A stretch of DNA of 64,000 bases. Origin: Armatimonadota bacterium (lineage in GTDB: Bacteria; Armatimonadota; UBA5829). The stretch lies in assembly GCA_039679645.1 (NCBI GenBank), contig JBDKUO010000009.1, positions 7,168 through 71,167 of the forward strand, given 5' to 3'. The notes under the pieces are model-generated. The model ran no database searches and was not told where the DNA came from. It was given only the letters and a program-made list of their open reading frames with translations. The translations under genes were made by a program, and so were the position numbers. This document shows positions 1-9,260 of the stretch, piece after piece (the first letter of the stretch is position 1; the number at the start of each line of letters is the position of its first letter).

Positions 1-237
1 TTGCCTGTAAAAGGCATTTCGAACAAAACCTGTCATTAAAACGCTTAAAAGCAGATTCCTCACATCCGTTCGGAATGACAGTGTGCGTTTTGTCATGCTT
101 GATATAAAACAAACCAGCGCCCAATTGCAGAAGCTCAAGAAATCCCGATCGATTGTATCAATCCGGACCTCCCGACCTTAAGCTATTGGACGCTGGGCGA
201 CAATCTAATTTATTATTGATTATTTTATATTGATTAA

Positions 238-600
238 TTAAGCGCTCGCCAACTGGGCTTTCGCTCTCTCTACAAGAGAAGCGAAACCCTGCGCGTCTAC
301 AACCGCCATCTCTGCAAGAACTTTACGATCCAGATTTATTTCGGCCTTGCTCAAGGCCTCGATAAACCTGCCGTAGGGCATACCGTTCATGCGGCAGGCG
401 GCGCTGATGCGCGTGATCCACAGCCGACGAAAATCGCGCTTTTTGGCTCTTCTATCGCGGAAAGCGTAGTTGCCCGACTTCATCACCTGCTCTTTGGCAG
501 TCTTGAAAAGCCTGCTCTTTGCGCCCCAATATCCACTTGCTTGCTTTAGTATCTTAGCATGACGCTTATGCGTCATAGTCCCGCGTTTCACGCGTGGCAT
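238..600 (-). CDS. rplT: 50S ribosomal protein L20 (bL20)
   Basis: 120-aa very basic ORF. N-terminus [22 protein letters not shown] and [10 protein letters not shown] motif are bL20 signatures. It is the last gene of the conserved infC-rpmI-rplT string. Confidence 0.95.
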   Translation of the reverse strand: MPRVKRGTMTHKRHAKILKQASGYWGAKSRLFKTAKEQVMKSGNYAFRDRRAKKRDFRRLWITRISAACRMNGMPYGRFIEALSKAEINLDRKVLAEMAVVDAQGFASLVERAKAQLASA

Positions 601-648
601 ATCTTAAATCCCCTTACTCAGAAATTGTTTATAATTGCAACCCGACCT

Positions 649-846
649 TTAAATTCCGGGGATCAAACGTCTTATGACGCGCTTCTCACCGGTGGTTACT
701 TCACTCTTCATAGATAGGCGGCGCTTCGCACTCGAAGACTTCTTCATCTTCAGGTGGTTCATGCCGGTGTTGCCTCGGCGAATCTTGCCGTTGGCCGTAA
801 CCTCGAACCTCTTCGCCGCTGTTTTTCTTGTCTTAATCTTAGGCAC
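649..846 (-). CDS. rpmI: 50S ribosomal protein L35 (bL35)
   Basis: 65-aa basic ORF beginning MPKIKTRKTAAKRF.VT..GK, a bL35 signature. It lies between infC and rplT. Confidence 0.93.
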   Translation of the reverse strand: MPKIKTRKTAAKRFEVTANGKIRRGNTGMNHLKMKKSSSAKRRLSMKSEVTTGEKRVIRRLIPGI

Positions 847-890
847 GTGTATACCTCATTATCTTACCCCGTCCGGGGTCTGTACTTACG

Positions 891-1475
891 CTACTTTGTC
901 GGCGCATCAACAGCCGGAGCAAGGATCATTGTCATGGTCCTGCCCTCCATTATAGCCGGTCTCTCGACGATCCCCGCGCCTTCTTCTTTAACGATCTCGC
1001 CCATCCGGTTCAGAGACTCTCTTGCAAACTCCGGATGAGTGAACTCCCTGCTGCGGAAGATCACCGTAATCTTTACCTTGTGCCCGGCCTTGAGAAACTT
1101 TACCGCATTTCGGAGCTTGAACTGGAAGTCATGCTCGTCCGTGCCCGGCCGCATCCGAATGCCCTTGAGTTCGGTCATCTTCTGCTTCTTCTGGGCATCT
1201 CGGTCGCGCTTACCCTGCTCGTAACGATACTTCCCGTAGTCCATGACCCGGCATACGGGCGGAGCGGCATTACCTGCCACCTCGATAAGATCAAGGCCAC
1301 GCTCCCTGGCATATGCAAGAGCCTCGCGAAACGGTATTACACCCACCTGGGCGCCGTTCTCATCGATAAGCCTTACTTCCCGCGCACGAATGCGTTCATT
1401 TACCCTGAGGTCCTTTTGTATAACTATATCACCTCTGATGATTCTCTGCCGGTCGAGCGGATGCGTTCCTCTCAT
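891..1475 (-). CDS. infC: translation initiation factor IF-3
   Basis: The C-terminal ~180 aa read as IF-3 (VRLIDENGAQ.GV, ALAYARERGLDLIEV, PPVCRVMDYGKYRYEQ, IRMRPGTDEHDF..K...KFLKAGHKVK). The ORF-track start at 1577 adds an implausible N-terminal extension. The first internal ATG is at 1475. An ATC-ATC pair at 1442-1437 sits where IF-3 genes usually carry a non-canonical AUU/AUC-type start, so the true 5' end is uncertain. Confidence 0.85.
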   Translation of the reverse strand: MRGTHPLDRQRIIRGDIVIQKDLRVNERIRAREVRLIDENGAQVGVIPFREALAYARERGLDLIEVAGNAAPPVCRVMDYGKYRYEQGKRDRDAQKKQKMTELKGIRMRPGTDEHDFQFKLRNAVKFLKAGHKVKITVIFRSREFTHPEFARESLNRMGEIVKEEGAGIVERPAIMEGRTMTMILAPAVDAPTK

Positions 1476-1595
1476 CCGACAGGCCGACCTTAAGTATAGC
1501 GAAAATGCCTGGCCATTGTCAAGTAATAATTTATACTTATACCGGGTCGAAGCATTTGCTGCTGAAATTGACAGCAAAACCTTTACGAACCTGTA

Positions 1596-3944
1596 TTACC
1601 ACACAAACGTCCCACGCAATGGCAGGTCTCTTGACGATGAGCCGACCCACGCGGTGAACTCGCCCGGTTCGACGATCCACGAGCGCGTGTTGACGTCGTA
1701 AAATGCAAGACCGTCTTTGCTTAAAGTAAAGCCGGCGGTCTTTGTCTCACCCGGCTCGAGAGTCAGCTTATTAAAGCCTTTAAGCTCACGTATCGGTCGA
1801 GAAACGCTGCATTCGACATCGCCTACATAAAGCTGAGCGACTTCGGCTCCTGCACGGCTGCCTGTATTCTTAACTGAGCAGGTGACCTCGATTGTTTTGG
1901 AAGCACCGCTGCCATGTTCGGTAATCTTAAGATCACCGAACTCGAAAGTCGTGTATGACAGTCCATAACCAAAGCAGAACTGCGGCTCCACTTTGTTCTT
2001 ATCATATCCCCTGTAGCCGACAAATATACCTTCGGCGTATGGGGTCTTGCCGTTATCGTTTATATTGTAATACGGCGCTGTCGGGTTGTCCTGCTCATGC
2101 TTTTCGAAGGTAGCCGGAAGTTTACCTGACGGGTTTACATCTCCAAAGATAGTCTCCGCAACAACCCTGCCGACCTCCTGGCCGGGGTACCAGGCCTCTA
2201 TTATAGCCGGCACGCTATCCAGCCAGCCGTCCCATGCCACGCCGCCGCCGGTATTCAGCACGACTATAACATTCGGATTGACCTCCGATATAGCCTTAAT
2301 CATCTCGATCTGCTCTTTGGGAAGCTCGAACGGTCTGTCGTAACCTTCGCCTTCACTGTCCTGATTGAACCCGGCGCAATAGACAATTGCATCGGCGCCC
2401 TTGACATCCGTCAACATCTCGATCGAGGCCAACCGCCATGTAAATGAAACCAATGCGGCATGTTCTTGCTGGAAATACTCTATCCGAACATCGTATTCTC
2501 GCTCTTCAAGATCGACCATTGCCTCCGCCACACGCGCCGCGTGCTCGCACCAGTCCTCGGCGATGAGCTTGTTGTCCAGATATATTCTGACGCCATCATC
2601 GGCTATTGCTGTGAGCATATACTTGCCTGCACGCTGCGGTCGTATCTTGCCTGTCCAACGCACGGAATAGTGGTATAGACTGTTTGCTCCCGGGGCAGGG
2701 TTGTCGTTCCAGACGAAGTCTATGTTATCAACATAAAGAGTATTGTCAGGCTCACCAGCCAATTCCTGGTTGTTGAACACTTCCATCTTGAATGGGGATT
2801 CAAACCCAAGATACTCAGGCAGGAGAACCTTGACGCAGTCTCCGCCGATTTCGCGCATGCCGTCGGCTATGCTGGTCGAGTGGAAAGTGTCTGTAAACGC
2901 GCTGCCGCCGCCGCAATAGACCGCCGGATGCGCATTCGGTCCCAGCACAACAACATTCTTGGCCTCGCGCTTCAATGGAAGTATGTTGCTCTCATTCTTT
3001 AGCAAGACAATGGACTGACGCGCGACCTCAAGGGCCGTCTTCGCGCACTCGGGGTTGTCTTTAAGTATGGACTCATCGAGCTGGGGTCTATCCAGGAAAC
3101 CGGCGGCAATAAATATACGCAGCAAGCGGCGGACTTTATCGTCTATGGTCGATTCCTTGACCCTGCCGTCTTTGATAGCAGGCAGGAGGTTCTCTTTGTT
3201 CATGAACTTGCCTGTAGGCATCTCCAGGTCCAGACCATTGTTGGCCGCGTTAACGGCATCGTAGACCGAGTCCCAGTCGGACATGACGAAACCGTCGAAC
3301 CCCCACTCTTCCCTCAAGACTTTGTTGAGGAGCCAATCGTGCTCGGAGCAGTGGATGCCGTTAAGCAGGTTATAGGAGTTCATAAGGCATCTGGACTTGG
3401 CCTTTTGGATCGCTGCTTTGAACGCGGGCAGATATATCTCGCGCAAAGTCCGCTCATCAACTTCAGAGCTGATATTGTTGCGGTCCCACTCCTGATTGTT
3501 GCATATGAAATGCTTGACCGTCGCCAGCACTTCCTGCGACTGAATACCCTCAATAAGAGGCACGACCATAGTGGAAGCCAGATACGGGTCCTCGCCCATA
3601 TACTCGAAGTTTCTGCCGCACTTGGGTGAGCGGTATATATTGACGCCCGGGGCAAGCAGAATATGCACGCCTCGCGCGCGGCAGTCTTTGCCCAGTGCTT
3701 CACCTATCCTGCGTGCAAAATCCGTATTCCAGGTAGCCGCTAGGGAGATACCTGCCGGGTAGGCAGTGGTCAGGCCGTAGCAGCGGCAGCCCATAGGGCC
3801 ATCAGACATAACTATCTCGGGGATGCCGAGTCTTTCGACAGCCCTAACAGCAAATCCGGTGCCGCCGATATAATCGATCTTCTCCTCGGGTGTCATTTGA
3901 GCGAGAAGCTCATTTGCGCGCTTGTCAGAATTTTCGACCATCAA
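1596..3944 (-). CDS. GH3 family beta-glucosidase with PA14-like insert
   Basis: 782 aa with GH3 motifs (GIPEIVMSDGPMG, KHFICNNQE, GFDGFVMSDWDS with the SDW nucleophile region). It has a PA14-like insert (YHYSVRWTGKIRP..GKYMLTAIADDGVRIYLDNKLI) and a C-terminal Fn3-like tail. No signal peptide was seen. Confidence 0.9.
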   Translation of the reverse strand: MMVENSDKRANELLAQMTPEEKIDYIGGTGFAVRAVERLGIPEIVMSDGPMGCRCYGLTTAYPAGISLAATWNTDFARRIGEALGKDCRARGVHILLAPGVNIYRSPKCGRNFEYMGEDPYLASTMVVPLIEGIQSQEVLATVKHFICNNQEWDRNNISSEVDERTLREIYLPAFKAAIQKAKSRCLMNSYNLLNGIHCSEHDWLLNKVLREEWGFDGFVMSDWDSVYDAVNAANNGLDLEMPTGKFMNKENLLPAIKDGRVKESTIDDKVRRLLRIFIAAGFLDRPQLDESILKDNPECAKTALEVARQSIVLLKNESNILPLKREAKNVVVLGPNAHPAVYCGGGSAFTDTFHSTSIADGMREIGGDCVKVLLPEYLGFESPFKMEVFNNQELAGEPDNTLYVDNIDFVWNDNPAPGANSLYHYSVRWTGKIRPQRAGKYMLTAIADDGVRIYLDNKLIAEDWCEHAARVAEAMVDLEEREYDVRIEYFQQEHAALVSFTWRLASIEMLTDVKGADAIVYCAGFNQDSEGEGYDRPFELPKEQIEMIKAISEVNPNVIVVLNTGGGVAWDGWLDSVPAIIEAWYPGQEVGRVVAETIFGDVNPSGKLPATFEKHEQDNPTAPYYNINDNGKTPYAEGIFVGYRGYDKNKVEPQFCFGYGLSYTTFEFGDLKITEHGSGASKTIEVTCSVKNTGSRAGAEVAQLYVGDVECSVSRPIRELKGFNKLTLEPGETKTAGFTLSKDGLAFYDVNTRSWIVEPGEFTAWVGSSSRDLPLRGTFVW

Positions 3945-3971
3945 ATATCCTCTATTGCTTAATAAACAGTA

Positions 3972-4270
3972 GATCAGGGACTAAAGTCCCACATACGCAG
4001 CGTCGGGGATTTAAGTCCCGACATTCATTAAACGTGCGTCTAGGAAAAGATTCCCCCGAACGATCATCAAAATATCATTCAATACAAAATATAAATTACC
4101 AAATCAGTTGCGCCCTCACCCTAACCCTCTCCCCCAGGAGAGGGAACAAGGTTAGCGTTCCAGCACGCACTGGCAAATAATCAATACAAAATACTAAATC
4201 CAATATCTTTGGGATCAGGGACTAAAGTCCCGCATAAGCTGCGTCGGGGATTTAAATCCCCGACGATCAC
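3972..4270. repeat. composite intergenic repeat block: two copies of the double-hairpin module plus AT-rich module copies
   Basis: GATCAGGGACTAAAGTCCC-N10-CGTCGGGGATTTAA(A/G)TCCC(C)GAC occurs at 3972-4024 and 4213-4270, with a third copy at 14632-14689. CAATACAAAATA(TAAATTAC)(C/T)AAATC occurs at 4080-4107 and 4182-4200, with a third copy at 13103-13130. An extra hairpin CCCTCTCCcccaGGAGAGGG lies near 4126-4146. Confidence 0.85.
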
Positions 4271-4289
4271 GGAATTTGGCCCGGCAGGC

Positions 4290-6026
4290 TTATTGCTCCA
4301 ATTCCTGTTTCAACTGGTTTATCAGGTCACCTACAGGCACTGCGCCTTTGTCGCCTTCGGCGCGCGACCGCACGGATACCGCGTCTGCTTCGGCTTCGCG
4401 GTCACCGACCACCAGCATATACGGGATCTTCTGCATCTGAGCCTCGCGGATCTTATAACCGGTCTTCTCGTTACGGTCATCGACCTGGACACGGAAACCC
4501 TCGGCTTTAAGTTTTGCCGCAACTTTTTCGGCATATTCGGCGTGCCTGTCGGCAATAGGTATTACCATAGCCTGAACAGGGGCCAGCCAGAGCGGAAATG
4601 CGCCTGCATAGTGCTCTATCAAAACGCCCATGAAGCGCTCCAACGAGCCGAAAAGGGCTCTGTGGATCATAATAGGTCTGTGCTGCTGGTTGTCCTGGCC
4701 GACATAGGTGATATCGAACCGCTCGGGCTCGTTGAAGTCGACCTGGATGGTGCTGCACTGCCACACACGGCCTATGGCGTCCTTAATCTTGACGTCGATC
4801 TTAGGGCCGTAGAACGCTCCGCCGCCCTCGTCGATCTTATAATTCAGACCGAGGCTATCCAGAGCCGCCTTGAGCGAGTCCATAGCCTGCTCCCAGACAT
4901 CGTCCTCGCCAACCGACTTCTCCGGCCTGGTGGACAGATAAATCTCGAACTGCTCGAAGCCGAATCGCTTCAGGATCATTAGGACAAAATCAAGGACACG
5001 CTTGGTCTCGGAGTCGAGCTGATCGCGCGTACAGATGATGTGGGCATCGTCCTGTGTAAAGCCGCGCACGCGCATCAGGCCGTGCAATACGCCGGAGCGC
5101 TCGTAGCGATATACCGTGCCAAGCTCGGCCCAGCGGATCGGCAGTTCGCGATAGCTGCGCACTGTTGATTTATAGATAAGCAGGTGGAACGGGCAGTTCA
5201 TCGGCTTGATCAGATACGGCTGCCCCTCAACCTCCATCGGCTGGAACATGTTCTCGGTAAAGAAATCCAGATGGCCGCTGGTCTTCCAGAGGTCCTGGCG
5301 GGCGATATGCGGCGTATAGACCAGCTCATAGCCATTGGCATAGTGCTCGTTGCGCCAGTAGTCCTCTATTATCTTGCGGACAAGCGCGCCCTTGGGATGC
5401 CAGAACACCAGACCCGGCCCGGCCTCTTCCTGGATCGAAAACAGGTCCAAATCGCGGCCCAGTTTGCGGTGGTCGCGCTTTTCGGCCTCTTCAAGTTTGA
5501 GAAGGTATGCATCAAGGTCTTCCTGAGAGGCAAAAGCTGTGCCGTATATTCTCTGGAGCATCGGGTTCTTTTCGTCGCCGCGCCAATACGCGCCCGCAGC
5601 ATGCAAAAGCTTATACGCCTTGACCTCGCCGGTGTTTGCGAGGTGCGGGCCGCGGCACAGGTCGACAAAGCCGTTCTCCTCATAAATGCTGATAGTCTCG
5701 CCCTCGGGAAGTTCGTTGATAAGCTCGGTCTTATACGGCTCGTCCTTAAATATCTCCAGAGCCTCGGCGCGAGATACCTCTTTGCGGACAAACTCGCTCT
5801 TGCCCGCGATTATCTTTGCCATCTCCTCGGAGATGCGCTCCAAATCCTCAGGAGTGAATGCGCGGCTGACCCCGAAATCGTAATAGAAGCCGTCCTCAAT
5901 AGACGGGCCTATCGCGATCTTTGCCTCCGGAAAGAGATTCTTGACCGCATGCGCCATTACGTGCGATGTGCTGTGTCTGAGCGTTGATAGTTCCTGTTCC
6001 GTCATCTTCTTGTCCATTCCCCTCAT
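4290..6026 (-). CDS. thrS: threonyl-tRNA synthetase (short form lacking N-terminal TGS domain)
   Basis: 578 aa. It starts directly in the editing/SAD domain (RHSTSHVMAHAV = HxxxH motif; GPSIEDGFYYDF; CRGPH; AGAYWRGD..N.MLQRIYGTAF). Class II catalytic core and anticodon-binding domain follow. Which of the three N-terminal Met codons is used is unclear. Confidence 0.95.
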   Translation of the reverse strand: MRGMDKKMTEQELSTLRHSTSHVMAHAVKNLFPEAKIAIGPSIEDGFYYDFGVSRAFTPEDLERISEEMAKIIAGKSEFVRKEVSRAEALEIFKDEPYKTELINELPEGETISIYEENGFVDLCRGPHLANTGEVKAYKLLHAAGAYWRGDEKNPMLQRIYGTAFASQEDLDAYLLKLEEAEKRDHRKLGRDLDLFSIQEEAGPGLVFWHPKGALVRKIIEDYWRNEHYANGYELVYTPHIARQDLWKTSGHLDFFTENMFQPMEVEGQPYLIKPMNCPFHLLIYKSTVRSYRELPIRWAELGTVYRYERSGVLHGLMRVRGFTQDDAHIICTRDQLDSETKRVLDFVLMILKRFGFEQFEIYLSTRPEKSVGEDDVWEQAMDSLKAALDSLGLNYKIDEGGGAFYGPKIDVKIKDAIGRVWQCSTIQVDFNEPERFDITYVGQDNQQHRPIMIHRALFGSLERFMGVLIEHYAGAFPLWLAPVQAMVIPIADRHAEYAEKVAAKLKAEGFRVQVDDRNEKTGYKIREAQMQKIPYMLVVGDREAEADAVSVRSRAEGDKGAVPVGDLINQLKQELEQ

Positions 6027-6095
6027 CTACAAATTGAGGGATACTAAATATGATTTTCCCAGCATTCCCAGCTCATACTAAGGATATGCTGCATG

Positions 6096-6168
6096 CCCTC
6101 CAGGTAAGATACCTGGAGGGATATCTAACTTATCTTAATTATGCCTCCAGGTATCCCTACCTGGAGGC
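6096..6168. repeat. two adjacent copies of the CCTCCAGG-N8-CCTGGAGG palindrome family
   Basis: CCCTCCAGGTAAGATACCTGGAGGG at 6096-6120 and GCCTCCAGGTATCCCTACCTGGAGGC at 6143-6168. The same palindrome recurs at 10648-10672, 14699-14722, 19159-19182 and 37350-37374. Confidence 0.9.
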
Positions 6169-6173
6169 GATAA

Positions 6174-7160
6174 CTAACTGCCGTAACCATTTGGATGTTT
6201 GCTGTGCCAGTTCCAGGCTGTCTCGATAATTGTCTTAAGCTCAGGATACTTAGGCGACCAGCCAAGCTCCGACATGATCTTTTTGGAGCTTGCCACCAGC
6301 ACCGCCGGGTCTCCCGGACGCCTCGGGGCGTCGACTACATTTATCTTCTTGCCGGTCACCTGCTCGGCTGTCGCAATTACTTCGCGGTTAGAGTAACCGC
6401 TGCCGTTGCCGAGGTTATATACACTGGTCTGCTTGCCGTTGCGCAGTGCCTCCAGGCCCAAAACATGCGCCTGGGCCAGATCGGTGACATGGACATAGTC
6501 ACGTATGCAGGTGCCGTCGGGAGTCGGCCAGTCTGTGCCGAACATGCTGAACTTCTCTCTTTTGCCCGACGCCACTTCAAGAACCAGTGGAATAATATGA
6601 TGCTCGGGCTTATGGTCCTCGCCTATCAGGCCGGAAGGGTCGGCACCGGAAGCATTGAAATATCTGAATGAGATCGACCGCAGGCCGTATGCGCGCTCAT
6701 ACTCCTTCAAGATCTCTTCGAGCATGAGCTTGGAACGGCCGTAGGGGTTGGTCGGGTCTTTGGGATGGTCTTCTGGAATTGGAATCTCCTTAGGCTCGCC
6801 GAAGGTAGCTGCGCTGGATGAAAAGATCATCATCTTGATATCGAACTCCAGCATGACATCGAGCATGGCAAGGCTCTTGGAGACGTTGGTGACATAATAC
6901 TTCTTTGGGTCGGCGACGGACTCGCCAACGTCCGCAAACGCTGCAAAGTGCATCACCGCTTCGATCTTATGACTGGAAAATATCTTCCTGAGCAGGTCTT
7001 TGTCACCAATATCGCCGACTACGATCTCGCTGCCGGATGCAGCCTCTTTGTGGCCGAATACAAGGTCATCGAGGCTGACAACACTTTCACCGCGCTCCAT
7101 CAGCATCTTCACGGCGTGGCTGCCTACATAGCCCAGCCCGCCTGTCACCAGAATAGCCAT
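6174..7160 (-). CDS. galE: UDP-glucose 4-epimerase
   Basis: 328 aa with a Rossmann motif ILVTGGLGYVGSH, a catalytic YGRSK (YxxxK), and the DGTCIRDY.HV motif typical of GalE. Confidence 0.9.
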   Translation of the reverse strand: MAILVTGGLGYVGSHAVKMLMERGESVVSLDDLVFGHKEAASGSEIVVGDIGDKDLLRKIFSSHKIEAVMHFAAFADVGESVADPKKYYVTNVSKSLAMLDVMLEFDIKMMIFSSSAATFGEPKEIPIPEDHPKDPTNPYGRSKLMLEEILKEYERAYGLRSISFRYFNASGADPSGLIGEDHKPEHHIIPLVLEVASGKREKFSMFGTDWPTPDGTCIRDYVHVTDLAQAHVLGLEALRNGKQTSVYNLGNGSGYSNREVIATAEQVTGKKINVVDAPRRPGDPAVLVASSKKIMSELGWSPKYPELKTIIETAWNWHSKHPNGYGS

Positions 7161-7355
7161 TCACATCCCCCATAATGCAAACTGGTAGAGCAGGCACTCT
7201 ACCAGTCTTATTAACCGTGGTCATTATAACACTTCGCGCGAAGGGATATCAAGGAATACCTTGAGCGTGGGTGTATGTCAAATCTATGGGAATTTGAGAT
7301 GGGGGCTTTGCCTCTGGACTCCACCAGGGAACCAGGTTCCCTGAATCTTCTGACT

Positions 7356-7403
7356 CGAAATTGGTTATCTCCCGGCAATTTTGCCGGGAGATAACCAATT
7401 TCG
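7356..7403. repeat. 48-nt near-perfect palindrome (23-bp arms)
   Basis: CGAAATTGGTTATCTCCCGGCAA-TT-TTGCCGGGAGATAACCAATTTCG is the longest perfect inverted repeat I found in the window. It is flanked by smaller hairpins (GGGAACCAGGTTCCC at 7327-7341; GAGGGTgaaACCCTC near 7466-7480). Confidence 0.85.
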
Positions 7404-7574
7404 TAACGGGGTCTGGAGACGCGTCCCCAGCGGGTTCCAAGGGCGGAGGCCCTTAGTCAAGAGTTTGAGGGTGAAACCCTCAATACAGAAATCCGTAAAT
7501 ATGACACGCACCCGTTGAGCGTGGATTGCCGGTCTTTTTCGATACACGATCAACGATCAAACAATCCATGTTTC

Positions 7575-7602
7575 TTGACAGCAATCACCTAGGTGATATA
7601 AT
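7575..7602 (+). promoter_or_regulatory. sigma70-type promoter for tRNA-Arg
   Basis: TTGACA (7575-7580), a 16-nt spacer, then TATAAT (7597-7602). It ends 12 nt upstream of the mature tRNA 5' end. Confidence 0.65.
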
Positions 7603-7614
7603 CATAGGGTCGAT

Positions 7615-7690
7615 GCACCCGTAGCTCAGTGGATAGAGCGTCTGCCTCCGGAGCAGAAGGCCGCGCGTTCGAATCGCGCCGGGTGCACCA
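7615..7690 (+). tRNA. tRNA-Arg (anticodon CCG)
   Basis: Folded by hand. Acceptor GCACCCG/CGGGTGC, D arm GCTC-AGTGGATA-GAGC, anticodon arm TCTGC-CTCCGGA-GCAGA (anticodon CCG), variable AGGCC, T arm GCGCG-TTCGAAT-CGCGC. Discriminator A and an encoded CCA follow. Confidence 0.93.
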
Positions 7691-7703
7691 AATACGTTAC
7701 AAA

Positions 7704-7734
7704 GCTCGTTGGGTCTATCCGACGGGCTTTTTTT
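7704..7734 (+). terminator. intrinsic terminator after tRNA-Arg
   Basis: 9-bp stem (GCTCGTTGG / CCGACGGGC with two G-U pairs), a 6-nt loop, then TTTTTTT at 7728-7734. Confidence 0.7.
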
Positions 7735-7855
7735 GTTGCATAACTACCAAACACATATATGTCACCATTGTTTATATTCGCGTCACCAAAGGGTACATCG
7801 CGAGATACGTGCAATGTCTTGGTAGGCTGAAAAACTGGGCAATGGAGGACATAAT

Positions 7856-9082
7856 ATGAGGTCAGCTTGCATAACAATATGCATCGCCTTTGCGATGCTC
7901 GTTGTAGTGTCTGCTCAAGCAGATGTGGTAACCGACTGGAACACATTCACACTGAATCTGATAAAAGCTCACAATGTGCCGCCTCCCGCAGCATCACGCG
8001 TTTTAGCGATGGTCCATGTGGCCATATATGACAGCGTAAATACGATTGGCCGGCAATACAAGCCGTATTTGATCAGGACATCATGTCCGTCCGGCGCTGT
8101 TTCATGGGACTGCGCAGCATCGACGGCTGCTTATCGTGTGCTGATATATCTATTTCCACAAGACTACAACGCAATACAGGCGGAGCTTTTATACTACCTC
8201 AACAAAGCTCCCAACAAAAGCGCGCAGATGAATGGGTTTTGCCTCGGCGCATATATAGGCAATCTGGTCGTATCATGGCGCAAGAACGATGGTGCGAATA
8301 AGATCGTGCCATATGTGCCGGGCACACAGCCAGGCCAGTGGCGTCCCACCCCACCTGCTTATGCTCCGGCACTGCTGCCTAACTGGCCGTATGTAAAGCC
8401 GTTTGCCATGACCAGCGGTTCGCAGTTTCGAGTGACTGGTCCACCGGCATTGGACTCTGAAGAATATGCAGACGCGCTCGAAGAAGTAAAGAGCCTGGGA
8501 GCCATCGACAGCACAATTCGAACAGAAGATCAGACCCAGATTGCCTACTTCTGGGCGGACGGAAGCGGAACAGTTACTCCTCCAGGACACTGGAACCTGA
8601 TCGCTCAGCAGATAGCAGAGATGGAAGGCAACAGCGTATATGAAAACGCCAGGCTCTTCGCGCTTCTAAACGTCGCGTTGGCCGATTCGGCAATCTCCTG
8701 CTGGGACGACAAGTACTATTTCAACTTCTGGAGACCGATCACTGCAATTAAGGAAGGCACGGTCGACTCGGATCCAAATTGGCTGCCGCTGCTTGTTACG
8801 CCGCCGTTTCCTGAGTGTGTGTCGGGACACAGCACCTTCAGCGGGGCAGGATCGACAATACTGGCACAGTTTTTCGGTGACGATATCAGTTTCACTTTGC
8901 CATCGTTTTCACCTGAAGCAGGGCCTAGATCGTATAATAGTTTCTCGGAGGCAGCAAACGAAGCAGGTAGAAGCCGCATATATGGCGGGATTCACTTTGA
9001 GTTCAGCAATGCAAAGGGACTCGGCGCTGGCAGAGCGTTGGGGAAATATGTTTGGAATAACTTTATGCAGACCGTAAAGTAG
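7856..9082 (+). CDS. secreted PAP2-superfamily / vanadium-haloperoxidase-like phosphatase-fold protein
   Basis: 408 aa with an N-terminal signal-like segment (CITICIAFAMLVVVSAQA). C-terminal PAP2 motifs are present: RPITAI, PFPECVSGHSTFSGAG, SRIYGGIHF. SD GGAGGA lies 6 nt upstream of the ATG. Confidence 0.7.
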   Translation: MRSACITICIAFAMLVVVSAQADVVTDWNTFTLNLIKAHNVPPPAASRVLAMVHVAIYDSVNTIGRQYKPYLIRTSCPSGAVSWDCAASTAAYRVLIYLFPQDYNAIQAELLYYLNKAPNKSAQMNGFCLGAYIGNLVVSWRKNDGANKIVPYVPGTQPGQWRPTPPAYAPALLPNWPYVKPFAMTSGSQFRVTGPPALDSEEYADALEEVKSLGAIDSTIRTEDQTQIAYFWADGSGTVTPPGHWNLIAQQIAEMEGNSVYENARLFALLNVALADSAISCWDDKYYFNFWRPITAIKEGTVDSDPNWLPLLVTPPFPECVSGHSTFSGAGSTILAQFFGDDISFTLPSFSPEAGPRSYNSFSEAANEAGRSRIYGGIHFEFSNAKGLGAGRALGKYVWNNFMQTVK

Positions 9083-9260
9083 ATGGGTCGGGCAAATGAC
9101 GCGCAATCCGAAATTGCAAGATTCTGTTTCGGACGCGATCAGACATCGCGTCCGAACACTGAATGACAGTGAATCGCTGAGACACAGAATAATACGGAGG
9201 CGCTGAATACGGATTATTTTATTTCAGCGTCTCCGGCTATTCCGCGATTATTCCATTCGA

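Noticed and set aside
4209-4982. 257-aa plus-strand ORF (and 5184-5987, 267 aa) opposite thrS
   Set aside because: It starts inside the intergenic repeat module (TTG in GGGATCAGGGACTAAAGTCCC) and runs antisense through a confidently identified thrS. The translation is low-complexity with no motifs, so it is a shadow ORF.
7249-7946. Small ORFs 7249-7440, 7365-7553, 7626-7946 and 7629-7859 in the galE / tRNA spacer
   Set aside because: They run through palindromes, the tRNA-Arg gene and its terminator. Similar pseudo-peptides (for example SGTKVP..RRGFKS and SIQNINY) recur only because the underlying DNA repeats recur.
9196-9234. Hairpin GGAGGCGCTGAA..TTCAGCGTCTCC as an intrinsic terminator between the convergent PAP2-like and GH130-like genes
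   Set aside because: The 12-bp stem is good, but there is no U-tract on either strand. It is possibly a factor-dependent or structural element, so I did not list it as a terminator.
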